The notes beneath the pieces were generated by a model that was not told where the DNA came from, searched no databases, and saw nothing but the letters and a program-made list of their open reading frames with translations. Shown here piece after piece: positions 1 through 10,511 of a DNA stretch of 64,000 nucleotides (positions within the stretch are counted from its first letter, which is position 1; each line of letters begins with the position of its first letter). Source of the DNA: a virus. Lineage: Duplodnaviria > Caudoviricetes. Location of the stretch: positions 243,778-307,777 of the IMG/VR virus record IMGVR_UViG_3300032233_002382; one strand, given 5' to 3'. Position numbers and translations under genes: made by a program.

Positions 1-982
1 CAAATATAATCTCGATATCATCATCATCTATTTCTTCGATAGGAATCTCTACGTACTCATCCATCTTTGCCCAGTTATCCTGGATAGCATCTTCGATGTT
101 TTCATCAGGCAATTCTTCATACAGCTCGTTAAGATAACTTTCAAATCGCTTCAAAGCAGCATAAGTATGCTTACATAACCAGATCTTTTTATCAGGATCG
201 CGGACGTTGGGTGTTTCAGCCGTTCCCATCGGGGCGCCAAGAAGATATTTATTACGCTTGGCGTGGTATTCGGGACCGTTATACTGCCAATATTTACAAT
301 CGCAGTTTAACACAATATTATTATCGTCGATCATGCTCAAATTGACAGTATGAGCGTCTTTACCACCCGTGGCAGTGAATGAGAACACGTTAGTTTCAGG
401 ATCGTGGCTTAGCACCTTGATGCTGATGGACTTCGCGTTGTCTTTTGCAGGTTCGACCGCCTTAGTCAAAAGATATTCGGGAGTTAGAGCTACTCTTAGA
501 ATAAGTGGTCTATTTAAGCGAGTCGAAGAATGTCGTACGGGCGATTCTTCCGTGCGATACGGATAGCTCACATATTGAGTAATGTCAACATCCGACATGT
601 AACTTGTGTCTGTTGGCACCTGAATATTCTCGTCTTGGTAAAGATCTTGGTGACGAGTCTTAGAATCGGGAGTTACAACATCAAATATGGAGCCCGGCTC
701 ACTTGAAGGAATTGTAGGTTCGACATCTTCATACTTGAATGTCTGATAACTGAATAAATCACCTTCAGGAGTTGCTCCAGACGGGGTCACCCCGTCAGCC
801 ACTTTTTTGGCGACAGATATATGACTGCTTGCAACAGTGACTTCCGCCCTAATAGGAATGAGGAAGATCTGTTTTAAATGATCTGGTATTGCAGCCGCAA
901 AACTCACGATATCAGGGAACACATCCTGACATTTAAACGCATATTCAGCAGCTTCAGACAGAATGAATCCGGAAGATTCCAC
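1..982 (-). CDS. SWIM-type zinc-finger protein, runs off the left edge (3'-partial; absent from the ORF track)
   Basis: Manual translation from GTG at 982 (GGAGG SD upstream) is open to base 1. It contains LNCDCKYWQY...GPEYHAK...DP...LCKH (CxC...CxH). Confidence 0.7.
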   Translation of the reverse strand, partial: MESSGFILSEAAEYAFKCQDVFPDIVSFAAAIPDHLKQIFLIPIRAEVTVASSHISVAKKVADGVTPSGATPEGDLFSYQTFKYEDVEPTIPSSEPGSIFDVVTPDSKTRHQDLYQDENIQVPTDTSYMSDVDITQYVSYPYRTEESPVRHSSTRLNRPLILRVALTPEYLLTKAVEPAKDNAKSISIKVLSHDPETNVFSFTATGGKDAHTVNLSMIDDNNIVLNCDCKYWQYNGPEYHAKRNKYLLGAPMGTAETPNVRDPDKKIWLCKHTYAALKRFESYLNELYEELPDENIEDAIQDNWAKMDEYVEIPIEEIDDDDIEIIF

Positions 983-991
983 GGTCGCCTC

Positions 992-1360
992 CTAAGCATC
1001 GCCCCGATCAAATACTATCGGGTTACCCGTGCGACGGGGCATCTTAAGTCGAACATCCTCAAGCACACGTTCTAACTCATCAACCTTGTCTGGGCGTAAA
1101 CTCTGCCGAAGTTCTTCGTAGTCTATCTTATTCATAGCTAAGGCTGCAGCTTCTAGCGCCTTTTCAAGCTTCATCAAAGTGTTCGGAACAGCTTCTATCA
1201 CATCACCAGCTACAGCATAAAAATGATCTTTCTTCGGGGATTCGTTCACTAAATCTAGTACTCTGACTATATATCCTTTGAGTTCGTCGCATCGAAGACG
1301 AGCGTCCGATAACTCCTCCTGTATATAAATAGTGGCGCCAGCAGTATGATTAGTAGCCAT
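992..1360 (-). CDS. hypothetical helical protein, probably virion-associated
   Basis: 122-aa amphipathic ORF, co-oriented with neighbours; no recognised motif. Confidence 0.6.
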   Translation of the reverse strand: MATNHTAGATIYIQEELSDARLRCDELKGYIVRVLDLVNESPKKDHFYAVAGDVIEAVPNTLMKLEKALEAAALAMNKIDYEELRQSLRPDKVDELERVLEDVRLKMPRRTGNPIVFDRGDA

Positions 1361-1388
1361 ACTACTGGCGCCCCATTAAAAAACGATA

Positions 1389-2369
1389 TTAAGCGTCGAA
1401 CTGTTCAGGGTATTCTTTGACTAAGAGCTTCCTCATCTGGTCACCTTCAGCAGCATAAAGCGCTTCAATAAATTCAGCCGAAGGGTTTACGGACTTAAGC
1501 GCTGCAAGTCTATCAGCCAATTTGCCTTCAAACACCCAATCCGAAGGAAAATCCGGGCAGATCGAACGAGCGATCCGGATTCTCGGAGATAATTTTTCGG
1601 TAGAAATCGCCTTAGCTGGCTTAGGATCACGAATGTTACTAGTGTCTCTGATCGATATGCCTTCAACATGATCGACACTAGAGTTTCTCACACGACCGAC
1701 TACATTTGACTCATCTGAAGAGTCAGTTTCTATGCGATCAACTCTTCCGACGTTCGATTTAATCGTCACGCCTTCCTTTACGACAGTTTTTTCGATTAAA
1801 TCGGCTCTGACATTCGATAAGTTTTCAAGCTCTTGGAGCTTGCGACCTGAATCACTTCGGGAAGCTTCGAAAGTAGCCTTAGCACTGGTCTTTATGCGAG
1901 CGATTGTGACCGCCCCCTGGTCATCAGATGTGTCGCTCTTAACGTCTAACCGGCTCTTTCGATTATCTTGAGCCGTAATTATCTTAGGCCCCTGGGGCGA
2001 AGCGGAGGACCGATCCGCAACCTGTAGCACTTCATCTTCATCAAGAGAAGAAGTCTCGATGACAGCGGGAGAAGCACGCTGCACTTTGTTTAGATCGCGG
2101 TTGATTGTTTGAGCCTTAGCTATGTTTCGCGTAGGTCTGACAGCCTCGACCGAAGGCATGTCGTCCATGGCCAAAGTAGCCCAGCCACTTAATACGGCCC
2201 CGCGCATCTGAGGCTGACTGAACTCCATACCAGAGTATTTCAGGATCGAACCGTCATACTCGAATTCGTCGCCCTTCATAATGTCGACCGGACTAGCTCC
2301 ACCGACTCGAATCTTCATCTGAGCGAAAAATTTAAGGAAGTTTCCGCGCTGCCACTTAATTTGCTCCAT
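1389..2369 (-). CDS. hypothetical protein
   Basis: 326-aa ORF; its GGAGG SD lies inside a hairpin. Confidence 0.65.
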   Translation of the reverse strand: MEQIKWQRGNFLKFFAQMKIRVGGASPVDIMKGDEFEYDGSILKYSGMEFSQPQMRGAVLSGWATLAMDDMPSVEAVRPTRNIAKAQTINRDLNKVQRASPAVIETSSLDEDEVLQVADRSSASPQGPKIITAQDNRKSRLDVKSDTSDDQGAVTIARIKTSAKATFEASRSDSGRKLQELENLSNVRADLIEKTVVKEGVTIKSNVGRVDRIETDSSDESNVVGRVRNSSVDHVEGISIRDTSNIRDPKPAKAISTEKLSPRIRIARSICPDFPSDWVFEGKLADRLAALKSVNPSAEFIEALYAAEGDQMRKLLVKEYPEQFDA

Positions 2370-2373
2370 AATA

Positions 2374-2409
2374 TTGAGCCTCCTGCGATACTATACGCAG
2401 GAGGCTCAA
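2374..2409 (-). promoter_or_regulatory. 14-bp hairpin sequestering the SD of ORF 1389..2369
   Basis: ttgagcctcctgcg-atactata-cgcaggaggctcaa; on the minus strand the 3' arm carries GGAGG 9 nt before the ATG. Confidence 0.6.
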
Positions 2410-2437
2410 AAATGTTTATAGAAAATTTAAGAGTAGG

Positions 2438-3274
2438 TTAGACTGGAGGCCTATGACCGGGTTTCATCGTTACCCGAGTGTTCGTTGGAGGTATCGTAAT
2501 CAAACTTAATTGATGTAGAACGTAGTCAGTCAATTCCTTTACTGCATCTACATCCCAGACCTGGGTAGTCCGAACGGCAGGATCTTTAACATGGTCATTA
2601 ACAGCCAGAACAATATCATCTTTGTAGATATCCATAATTCCATGCTTCTGTAGCCATTTTTCATACCGATCCATCCATTTATAAACATCAGGTCCGATCA
2701 CTAAGGGCTCACTAACCTTTTTGCTTTCTGGAGGTACCTTTTTCTTTACTTCCTCAATAAAATCTACGATCGTGGGACAAGGGTCTGTTAGGAATTCAAC
2801 ACCATTTTCGACTACGTTCTCTTTTTCATCCAATTCAATAAATAAGTCGGAAACCCAACGATAAGTGTCGATACCGGCAATCGCACCGCCACCCAAAGCT
2901 TTGTTGTAGTATCTCACAAATAGTGCAGCATCAACAATCTGAGTGCCCGCTTTTGTTCTACTAGGTTTAGCGCCAGTCCAGTTTGTGGACGGCTCTTCAG
3001 ATTTATATGATGGGTCACGAGATACCAGAAAATGAATAGTTCCTCTTCTATTAGTATTAACAAGCTCCGACGATTTCATGCCGAATGTGGATGAGTCCCC
3101 TTTAAACGCCTTCGTGCCTTCTGCCGTAACATCTTCCATACTTAAGAAAACACCAGAGCAAGCCTTCATCAGAGCATCAGCTACGCCACGGTTAATCTTG
3201 GTACCCAAAGTACGATCTGTAGCCGTGTTAAGGCTACCAGCAATTCGAGAGGCGATTCTTATAAATATATCCAT
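2438..3274 (-). CDS. hypothetical protein with N-terminal RIASRIA motif
   Basis: 278-aa ORF, AGGAG SD, begins MDIFIRIASRIAGS. Confidence 0.65.
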   Translation of the reverse strand: MDIFIRIASRIAGSLNTATDRTLGTKINRGVADALMKACSGVFLSMEDVTAEGTKAFKGDSSTFGMKSSELVNTNRRGTIHFLVSRDPSYKSEEPSTNWTGAKPSRTKAGTQIVDAALFVRYYNKALGGGAIAGIDTYRWVSDLFIELDEKENVVENGVEFLTDPCPTIVDFIEEVKKKVPPESKKVSEPLVIGPDVYKWMDRYEKWLQKHGIMDIYKDDIVLAVNDHVKDPAVRTTQVWDVDAVKELTDYVLHQLSLITIPPTNTRVTMKPGHRPPV

Positions 3275-3316
3275 TTGGTTCTCCTGTATTGGAAAATAGT
3301 TAAAGAAAGCTTAACA

Positions 3317-5986
3317 TTAGAAGGCGTCCAATTCGACCACAAGGTCAGCGGATGAAAGACCGGAAGAGCCTACGACCTCAACCGAAAAGAATTCCCCTAG
3401 TTGGAGATCCTCTGATACGGTATAGCAAGTAGCTAGTTTATCAGAATTAGATAGAGTAGCAGTCATGGCGGTAGGAAACCCAGAACCTGAAATGCCAGTA
3501 GAAGAACGTTTTAACGTCACAGTCGTCGTCTTTCCCGTTCCAGGCGGGACCCGAAGTGTGATCATCATCCCTTGTATGATCATCTTTTGCTGGGCCCTCA
3601 TAAACACTTCGGTGTTGTCGAGATTCGTCACAAGAGTACCGGGCCACATATAGTGAGCAGGAGAGGCATCTACATTTCCTTTAAGACCAAAAGTGAATAA
3701 CATAGGGGTGACGTAAGTAGTGAAGGGCCGTTGACCGGCAGTCTTGTTTACAAGATCGCAACCGGGACCTAGCTGAATCCCGTAGGTGATGAATCCAGAT
3801 CCGGGACTTGTCTGCAGAATATCCGATCCTGAGTAATTCAATAAAGTGAAAATCAATGAATCAGTACCAACTACACCATTAGTGAAGCAGGTCCAAACAG
3901 ACCCAGAATAAGTTCCACCATATACTCGAGTGCTAGCATTTAATGAGGATGACCCGACAGGAAAATCATTAGCGCGAGTCCACGCGCCTCCACTATTAAC
4001 TATCCAAATACCATTGTTCGTTCCAACTGTCTGGCCAGTGGCTAATACTTGCATGCCAGTTGTCAAAGCGACGCCCTGAAGTGTGTAGGCGCCTGTCAAA
4101 GCGATATTAGTGGTCGCAGCTACCACAACAGGTAATTTAGTGGTAGAAGTAATAAAGGGTGCGCTCCCGATAGAACTTGTTCTGAATTGAGCGGAACCTA
4201 ATGAATTCGATGATGAGACGCCTACATAGCTTCCGGTCGAATTGATATCTGTAGGCTCTCTTACGTAGATATTGGTATCCCGGAAAGTGATTTCGGTCGC
4301 AGTTGTTATATCAACCCCGCGTTTATTACCGCCCCCATTCGAATAAATATTTACGGTTACGCCACGTGTGAAATTAAAACTAAATGCTGAGTTACCAAGC
4401 AAAGTAGACCCGTTCGCCAGTATTCCTGTAACGTTTGTAGAAGCCGCTGCAGATAGTCCGGAGTTGTCGACAGTGATAACGGCGGTGCGTAGCTTACTGG
4501 TGCCCGATGTATTGCCGGGCAGTGCGATACCAACCAAGTTAGTCGTTGAATTACTAGAATTAAGCTGAAGATTCAGGTCTTCAACACGACTGTTTTCACC
4601 CATAGTGAGCATCGTGACAACGCCACCGGGGTTAGAAGCATTCATCAGGATCTTAGTAGTTTGAACGTTTTGACCACGCATCGCACAACCAGTTGGCATC
4701 GTCAAACCGGTTGTTGAACTTGAAAGCGTATAAGTTCCAGGCATGATCCAAAGCGTAGCGGGAGACCCGAAAGAAGCGACCGCAGATAAACCAGCTTCGA
4801 CTGTCTTAAATGATCGACCGTTTACAGAGCCCGTGGCATCATTACCGTTAACGATATCAACTACTGCAACATTACCTAACCCGCCTAAACCCGGAAGCCC
4901 AGAAGGTCCGATCGCTCCAGTAGGTCCGATCGGACCCGTTATGCCCTGAATTCCTTGAATTCCCTGGCTCCCGGTTGCGCCGGTCGGCCCTTGAATGCCT
5001 TGTATTCCTGAGGGACCAATGGGGCCTGTGGGGCCTTGTAGACCAATAGGCCCTGTAGAACCAACCGATCCAGTTGCGCCAACAGGACCGGTCGGGCCCG
5101 TTAAGCCAATCGGTCCGGTCGAACCTGTGGGACCAACAGATCCATTAGGACCAGTCGGACCTACTATTCCGCCGTGAGTAAGAGCATGGATTACTCCATA
5201 CTGATCTTTCCAGTATAATTCATCATCGGATACCTCAGTATATATAGAGCCTCTTGGGACGTCGATGCCTGGGGTGGGAGTAAGAACTACAGCAGTAGGA
5301 TCCGATATTAACGAAACTGTGTTTCCACCAAAGTATGCAACCGTATCTGGATCTAAACCTCCGGCACTACCGGAACCAGAAAGTAGCACTCGAGTTTTGC
5401 CGAATGGTAGTTTTAAAACTACTCCAGAAAGTGACGCAGCAGCGATATTAACGCCAACGCTACTAACATCGATTCGATATGTTGCTATATTATAGCCCGA
5501 TAAATCGGTGCTTTTGTGTACAGCTAGTATAGGATAATTACCATTTAAACCGGCAAAAGCACCAGATAATCCTGACACCTCGACAGTTTCATATCTAATG
5601 AAGCCAAAGGATTCTGCAAAATCGAGGACGAAAGACAGTGTATCATTCTGACGTTGTACGTTGTTAACTAGAGCTGTTAGGGGAGCTCCGGTCTTAGTAG
5701 TACCGCCTTCGTCTTTGTGATCCTTAAGCAAAAATACGAAATCCGCCGTAATTAAACCAGCTTGGACGAATTTAAATATGCTTCCCTCCTGGAGGGAAAG
5801 CATGGAACGGGATGACATAGGGACGTCGACATAGCCGCCGACCGGTACGTAAACCGGAACTTTTCGGTGTTGGTACTCCAAACCAGTATCAAGATCATTT
5901 ATTTGTACTGATGTTATATTAGGCGACCCGTCCGCCATGAGACCAGTATGAGTAAGACGCACATAAAAAACAGTCAGATTATTCAT
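3317..5986 (-). CDS. tail fibre-like protein with collagen-like segment and beta-rich domains
   Basis: About 30 Gly-X-Y triplets; beta-helix-like T/S/N/G-rich region; [24 protein letters not shown]...NNGIW...GAWTRA module typical of phage fibre proteins. Confidence 0.7.
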   Translation of the reverse strand: MNNLTVFYVRLTHTGLMADGSPNITSVQINDLDTGLEYQHRKVPVYVPVGGYVDVPMSSRSMLSLQEGSIFKFVQAGLITADFVFLLKDHKDEGGTTKTGAPLTALVNNVQRQNDTLSFVLDFAESFGFIRYETVEVSGLSGAFAGLNGNYPILAVHKSTDLSGYNIATYRIDVSSVGVNIAAASLSGVVLKLPFGKTRVLLSGSGSAGGLDPDTVAYFGGNTVSLISDPTAVVLTPTPGIDVPRGSIYTEVSDDELYWKDQYGVIHALTHGGIVGPTGPNGSVGPTGSTGPIGLTGPTGPVGATGSVGSTGPIGLQGPTGPIGPSGIQGIQGPTGATGSQGIQGIQGITGPIGPTGAIGPSGLPGLGGLGNVAVVDIVNGNDATGSVNGRSFKTVEAGLSAVASFGSPATLWIMPGTYTLSSSTTGLTMPTGCAMRGQNVQTTKILMNASNPGGVVTMLTMGENSRVEDLNLQLNSSNSTTNLVGIALPGNTSGTSKLRTAVITVDNSGLSAAASTNVTGILANGSTLLGNSAFSFNFTRGVTVNIYSNGGGNKRGVDITTATEITFRDTNIYVREPTDINSTGSYVGVSSSNSLGSAQFRTSSIGSAPFITSTTKLPVVVAATTNIALTGAYTLQGVALTTGMQVLATGQTVGTNNGIWIVNSGGAWTRANDFPVGSSSLNASTRVYGGTYSGSVWTCFTNGVVGTDSLIFTLLNYSGSDILQTSPGSGFITYGIQLGPGCDLVNKTAGQRPFTTYVTPMLFTFGLKGNVDASPAHYMWPGTLVTNLDNTEVFMRAQQKMIIQGMMITLRVPPGTGKTTTVTLKRSSTGISGSGFPTAMTATLSNSDKLATCYTVSEDLQLGEFFSVEVVGSSGLSSADLVVELDAF
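4874..5161 (-). repeat. collagen-like (Gly-X-Y)n coding repeat
   Basis: [19 protein letters not shown]...[12 protein letters not shown] within ORF 3317..5986. Confidence 0.9.
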
Positions 5987-6005
5987 GTGGAGGCCTCAAG
6001 ATAGG

Positions 6006-6018
6006 TGTAATTTGACAT
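6006..6018 (+). promoter_or_regulatory. TG-TANNNT -10 element directly before a start codon (leaderless type); example of a recurring motif
   Basis: TGTAATTT-gacat-ATG. The same pattern precedes starts at 12217, 13480, 16487, 49214, 52540 (minus) and 53115 (plus). Confidence 0.6.
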
Positions 6019-7719
6019 ATGCATGGTAGATCTATACCTCAATATTTCATTAGAAATCCACCTGAAGAACCAAGATATCAAGAAAGACTCAAGTTAGAGC
6101 TAAGTTGGTTTGAAAATACGGTAGCTGAAGACTACATACTGACCGTAGCTGAAATATGCCGCAACATTAGAGACATACCCCATACGATCAGGGGATCCGC
6201 TGGATCGAGCCTTGTCATATACCTTCTTGGCATCTCTGACATCGACCCAGTTAAATGGAATATAGCTCCAGAGCGATTCTTTCATCCGAAACGCAAGGAT
6301 CTCCCCGATATCGACTTGGACTTTCCAGATATAAGAAGAGAAGAAGTATTTGACAGAATTCACCAGTTGTTCCCAAATCGAACAGCACGAATATCGAATC
6401 ATATAACATACAAAGACAAGAGTGCGATTCGCGAGGCGATTCGTAGGTTAGGAGTTCGAAAAAAGCTGCCTCGAGGCTTTAAAATACATGAAGTGGTACC
6501 GGGTCGAGAGACCGATGCAATAGAAATAGCGGCAGATCTAAAGGGGCAAGTAAGAGATCTATCTCTACACTGCGGTGGAGTCATCGTGTTCGACAGAGAA
6601 GTTCCGCCAGACATTCGGATGAAAGAGAAAAAAGGCCAAATTAGAATCGATAAGTTCGAAACCGATATCATGAACTATTTTAAAATCGACATTTTGTCTA
6701 ATATATCGCTAACTCAGCTCAATGATTGTGATTCAAGACCAATACTAGAATATCCTCCTGAAGACGCAAAAATCACTGAAATGCTTAGCCAGGGAAAATC
6801 TTTAGGTATTACGCAAGCAGAATCACCAGCATTTCAGAAAATGCTAAGAGCAGTCAAACCTAAAAGCGTAAACGATATGATAATGTGCATGGCGCTTATT
6901 AGACCGGCGTCAGCCTGGAGAGGTCATAGAGTTAACTTCATGGAGGAATGGAATAAAGAACGAGATACTGAATTCCTTATATTCGAGGATGACGCCACGA
7001 AAGTAATTCAAGAGATATCAGGTCTTTCGGGTCCCGAAGCTGACGCTCTTAGAAGAGCATTTGTTAAAAGAGACCACGAAGCCACTGAAGATTTCAGAAA
7101 TCTGATATCACACCGAGATGATGCTCAGACGATCATAGATGATCTTGAAGCATTCAGGTCGTTCAGCATGTGCAAGTCCCACTCAGTTGCATATGGTCAC
7201 GTGGCCTGGGCATTAGCGTGGCAAAAAGCACACAACACGAAAGCCTTCTGGAAGTCGGTGCTTAACCGAACTCAACCAATGTGGAGACCGTGGGTCCATG
7301 TCGAAGAAGCCAAGCTTGCTGGATGGAAAGTGATCCCAGGAAAGAGACCATTTGCAGTGAAAGACGATACGCTTATCGGGCAAGAGTACGTACCGCAGTT
7401 ATTTAAATCGGACCCATGGTGGGAGCTTAAAAAGTATAAAATGTGGTCAGGAAATGAGTTCCCTAAAGAGTGTTACCGAAGCGATGACGGAGAAAGAATT
7501 GAATTCTACGGAATAATCGGAACGCACCGGATACTTAAGAGAAAAGATGGACAAGCAGTCACGTTTGCTACAATAGGAACATCGCCAGGATCATATGTAG
7601 ACTTGATACTAGAGGGAGCTATAGACCTAAAGAGGTATCAAGCAATTCAAGGCAACGGTGAATTAGGGATTAAATTCGGCTCCGAATTTACGAAAGTCAA
7701 ACAGTACTCTATACTTTAA
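6019..7719 (+). CDS. dnaE: DNA polymerase III alpha (family C), compact, lacking the PHP domain
   Basis: RGSAGSSLVIYLLGI.DIDP, PDIDLDF, HCGGV, KIDIL and F.KSHSVAY motifs; only 566 aa. Confidence 0.88.
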   Translation: MHGRSIPQYFIRNPPEEPRYQERLKLELSWFENTVAEDYILTVAEICRNIRDIPHTIRGSAGSSLVIYLLGISDIDPVKWNIAPERFFHPKRKDLPDIDLDFPDIRREEVFDRIHQLFPNRTARISNHITYKDKSAIREAIRRLGVRKKLPRGFKIHEVVPGRETDAIEIAADLKGQVRDLSLHCGGVIVFDREVPPDIRMKEKKGQIRIDKFETDIMNYFKIDILSNISLTQLNDCDSRPILEYPPEDAKITEMLSQGKSLGITQAESPAFQKMLRAVKPKSVNDMIMCMALIRPASAWRGHRVNFMEEWNKERDTEFLIFEDDATKVIQEISGLSGPEADALRRAFVKRDHEATEDFRNLISHRDDAQTIIDDLEAFRSFSMCKSHSVAYGHVAWALAWQKAHNTKAFWKSVLNRTQPMWRPWVHVEEAKLAGWKVIPGKRPFAVKDDTLIGQEYVPQLFKSDPWWELKKYKMWSGNEFPKECYRSDDGERIEFYGIIGTHRILKRKDGQAVTFATIGTSPGSYVDLILEGAIDLKRYQAIQGNGELGIKFGSEFTKVKQYSIL

Positions 7720-7766
7720 ATATGAATCAACCCACCAAGATGAACATTGGTGGGTTGATTCATATT
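7719..7766. terminator. bidirectional terminator-like hairpin between convergent genes
   Basis: 20-bp inverted repeat aatatgaatcaacccaccaa / ttggtgggttgattcatatt. Confidence 0.75.
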
Positions 7767-7770
7767 GGAA

Positions 7771-7998
7771 TTACTTAGAGCTCGGACCTGATCCTTTGAC
7801 CGGAGGCTTAACGGGTTTTTCCTCCCTGACGACCTTTAAAACATAACAGCCAACGCCAGCTGGTGTTGCTGCTAGCGCAGCCGCTTCTGAATCCCAGGAA
7901 GCTGTTTTCTCATGCCCTATCGAACTAACCCAAGCGTTTTCGGTCGATAGGAAATGATGAGTTAGATCATTCTTTAGATAGAATTTAGAGGTCGCCAT
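7771..7998 (-). CDS. small hypothetical protein
   Basis: 75-aa ORF following the Gly-rich gene. Confidence 0.55.
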   Translation of the reverse strand: MATSKFYLKNDLTHHFLSTENAWVSSIGHEKTASWDSEAAALAATPAGVGCYVLKVVREEKPVKPPVKGSGPSSK

Positions 7999-8007
7999 TA
8001 ATTACTC

Positions 8008-10020
8008 CTACATAGCGCTGACGCCGGTATGCTTATACCAGTCGCCAGCGCCAGTGCTTGAAGTGGTAAAGATGCTAGTCGCTAAATCAGCGGCCAAGCT
8101 AGCAGTTATGTCGCCTGCATCCCAAGTATTTAAAGTCGCCTTCGCTGGCATGCTGGTCGCTTGGAAAACGACCGGGATACCGGGACCGCGAGGCCGAATC
8201 TTCGAATCCGGGCGATCAACAACGTTTACTATCTTAAACTGGCACGTGCCAGATAGGTAAACATTCGAGTCGAAAGCCGGTACCGCGCCAGCGCCTGCAC
8301 CGTCTAAGCAATTTAAATCTTCTACAAACATCCCGCCGTCCGCTCCCACAAATGTTGAAGCAGCCCCATTTATGGCGGCAGCCGCATCCAAAGACGCGTT
8401 TGAGTCACCACCAGACGCTTCAAGGTAGGCGCACGTTAACCGACCGGAAATGCTAATGTAACCGCCATCTCCGCCGTTATTCCCAGTCCCAGTACCTCCG
8501 TTAGCATATAGATTGTCGATGATTGCATCTCCTGAAACGAAAAGCTGCCCACCACTACCACCAACACGATTGGCGAAATCGGTTATCACGGCACCGCCAC
8601 GAATATTCATCGTATCACAGATTACGTCACCGTCGACGTAAATATTGCCGCCATTGCTACTGGATCCGGCCAAATTGGCGACGGTCGTATTGCCGAGGCG
8701 GTCTCCACCATCGAGGTCAATAGTGTTATTAGCTACATTAAGGTTACGACAGTTTATTTGGCCTCCATAACCCGCGTTGTGTGTTTCATCAGCTGAATTG
8801 CAATATCCGCCGTTTCCGGCGATATAATCACTAGTAAAATTGCCCTCAACGCTCACATACCCACCATTACCCCCCGAACCATTATTGGCTGAACCACCAA
8901 AGAATTCAAAATTTTGATCGCAAATTAAATTACCCCCAACCGAAATGTAAGCGCCATTGCCACCGTTTCCACCAGTTGCAGATTCACCATAGGCATAAAA
9001 TTCATCGCAGGTTAAACTTCCGAGGACGTAAATACTACCACCTGACCCGCCGTTACCACCGTTGCCGGAGCCACCATAGATTTCGATTTCATCGCAGACA
9101 ATATCACCATCGACGTCTATGACAGCGCCATTGCCTCCATTACCTGCATTACCGCTACCGCCGCTACACCAAAAATCGTCAACATTTGCTGAACCATTTA
9201 CATAAATGATGCCAGCATTGCCGCCGCTTAAATCTCCCCAACCACCCGCAAGACGAACATCGCCGCTTGATAAATAGCCATTTATGTCGATGAAACCACC
9301 CGAACCTCCATCAGACCCATTACCGTAACCACCGTCTAAATCTAAAGTTCCAGTGCTAGTGAAATTCCCGTACACATACATTGACCCAGCACCAGCAGCA
9401 TTAAATCCAACTTGTCCGTCTCCGCCTTGCAAACGAATACCACCGTTTATGGCCACATCACCATAAACATCAAAGGTGCCGCCAGTACCGGCTGCTAATA
9501 CCCCATCAGAGTTAGCACCATCAAGGTATACATCACCAGTATACCAAGACCCGTAAACAATAATGTCAGCACCATTGGTTGCGGTATTGTCGACAGCCTC
9601 AGCTGTAAAGGGCGAACCGCCGCCGCCTAAGGTGCCATATACGCTTCCAGCCACTCTAAAAGTCGCTTGTGAACCACCACACTGAGGCCAGTAAAAATTC
9701 GTATAATAGAAAGATCCACCGACTGTGATGTTGCCTTGAGGAACCGTAATGTCAGCGGGCGTCATATCCCAGTTATGGGCTATCACATCACCTTCGACCT
9801 CGACCGAATGGCCGTCGGGACCGATCAAATCTCCGACTACATATAATGTACCTTTAACCAACACTGGACTAATAACGTTTACATTTCCTTCGCAGTAGAC
9901 ATTGCCGGAGTATGTACCGTCGAGATCTCCGCCATTCGGGATAACGGTGCCACCACCGCCACCACCGCCGGAATAAACGGTGGTGAATAATGTGCCGAAT
10001 CCATCATTTGCAAGAGTCAT
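8008..10020 (-). CDS. glycine-rich repetitive beta-solenoid protein (putative fibre/adhesin)
   Basis: Repeats of the form GGxGxxGNGGxGxxIxVxGxLxCDE along 670 aa. Confidence 0.6.
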   Translation of the reverse strand: MTLANDGFGTLFTTVYSGGGGGGGTVIPNGGDLDGTYSGNVYCEGNVNVISPVLVKGTLYVVGDLIGPDGHSVEVEGDVIAHNWDMTPADITVPQGNITVGGSFYYTNFYWPQCGGSQATFRVAGSVYGTLGGGGSPFTAEAVDNTATNGADIIVYGSWYTGDVYLDGANSDGVLAAGTGGTFDVYGDVAINGGIRLQGGDGQVGFNAAGAGSMYVYGNFTSTGTLDLDGGYGNGSDGGSGGFIDINGYLSSGDVRLAGGWGDLSGGNAGIIYVNGSANVDDFWCSGGSGNAGNGGNGAVIDVDGDIVCDEIEIYGGSGNGGNGGSGGSIYVLGSLTCDEFYAYGESATGGNGGNGAYISVGGNLICDQNFEFFGGSANNGSGGNGGYVSVEGNFTSDYIAGNGGYCNSADETHNAGYGGQINCRNLNVANNTIDLDGGDRLGNTTVANLAGSSSNGGNIYVDGDVICDTMNIRGGAVITDFANRVGGSGGQLFVSGDAIIDNLYANGGTGTGNNGGDGGYISISGRLTCAYLEASGGDSNASLDAAAAINGAASTFVGADGGMFVEDLNCLDGAGAGAVPAFDSNVYLSGTCQFKIVNVVDRPDSKIRPRGPGIPVVFQATSMPAKATLNTWDAGDITASLAADLATSIFTTSSTGAGDWYKHTGVSAM

Positions 10021-10024
10021 GGAT

Positions 10025-10438
10025 TTATCCTAGTCTAATGAGGAAGGTTAAGGCGCCACCTGTGGTATTGGTGATGGTAGTAGTAGTAAACGCCGCGTTA
10101 TGAACGGCGTTGAAGGTACCGGTAGCATCGACCCAAGTCGGACCTACCGCTTTAACGACGGAAACGTCGGGCGGCAAACCGAAATTGTGGTTTAAAACCA
10201 CATTCGCTCCGCCAGCTAGGGTGACGTTATCTTCTAAGGTAATGATGCCATTATCGCGCCACTTACGTAAGTCGCCCTTGAATGCGGAACGAATTACTTC
10301 GGTGGTATTCGGTAAATAGACCGACTGACCAGGATTAAGATAACGGTCCTCACCCTGACGACCTTCGGTCTGGGCCTGAGCTATGAACCGAAGATCGTGA
10401 AGATATATACGGATTGTAGAAACGTTTGTGATTTTCAT
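10025..10438 (-). CDS. virion accessory protein sharing an N-terminal module with the 889-aa fibre
   Basis: DL...YLNPGQSVYLP...S..KGDL.KW...GII aligns by eye with the N-terminus of ORF 3317..5986. Confidence 0.55.
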   Translation of the reverse strand: MKITNVSTIRIYLHDLRFIAQAQTEGRQGEDRYLNPGQSVYLPNTTEVIRSAFKGDLRKWRDNGIITLEDNVTLAGGANVVLNHNFGLPPDVSVVKAVGPTWVDATGTFNAVHNAAFTTTTITNTTGGALTFLIRLG

Positions 10439-10511
10439 AATTAAAGTCTCTTATTTAAAGGATAAAATCCGGAAATTCCTCTTATATTAAGTTCAGAATC
10501 ATGAGGCAAGC

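Noticed and set aside
4743-5495. Pro/Gly-rich plus-strand ORFs
   Set aside because: They are antisense shadows of the collagen-like repeat.
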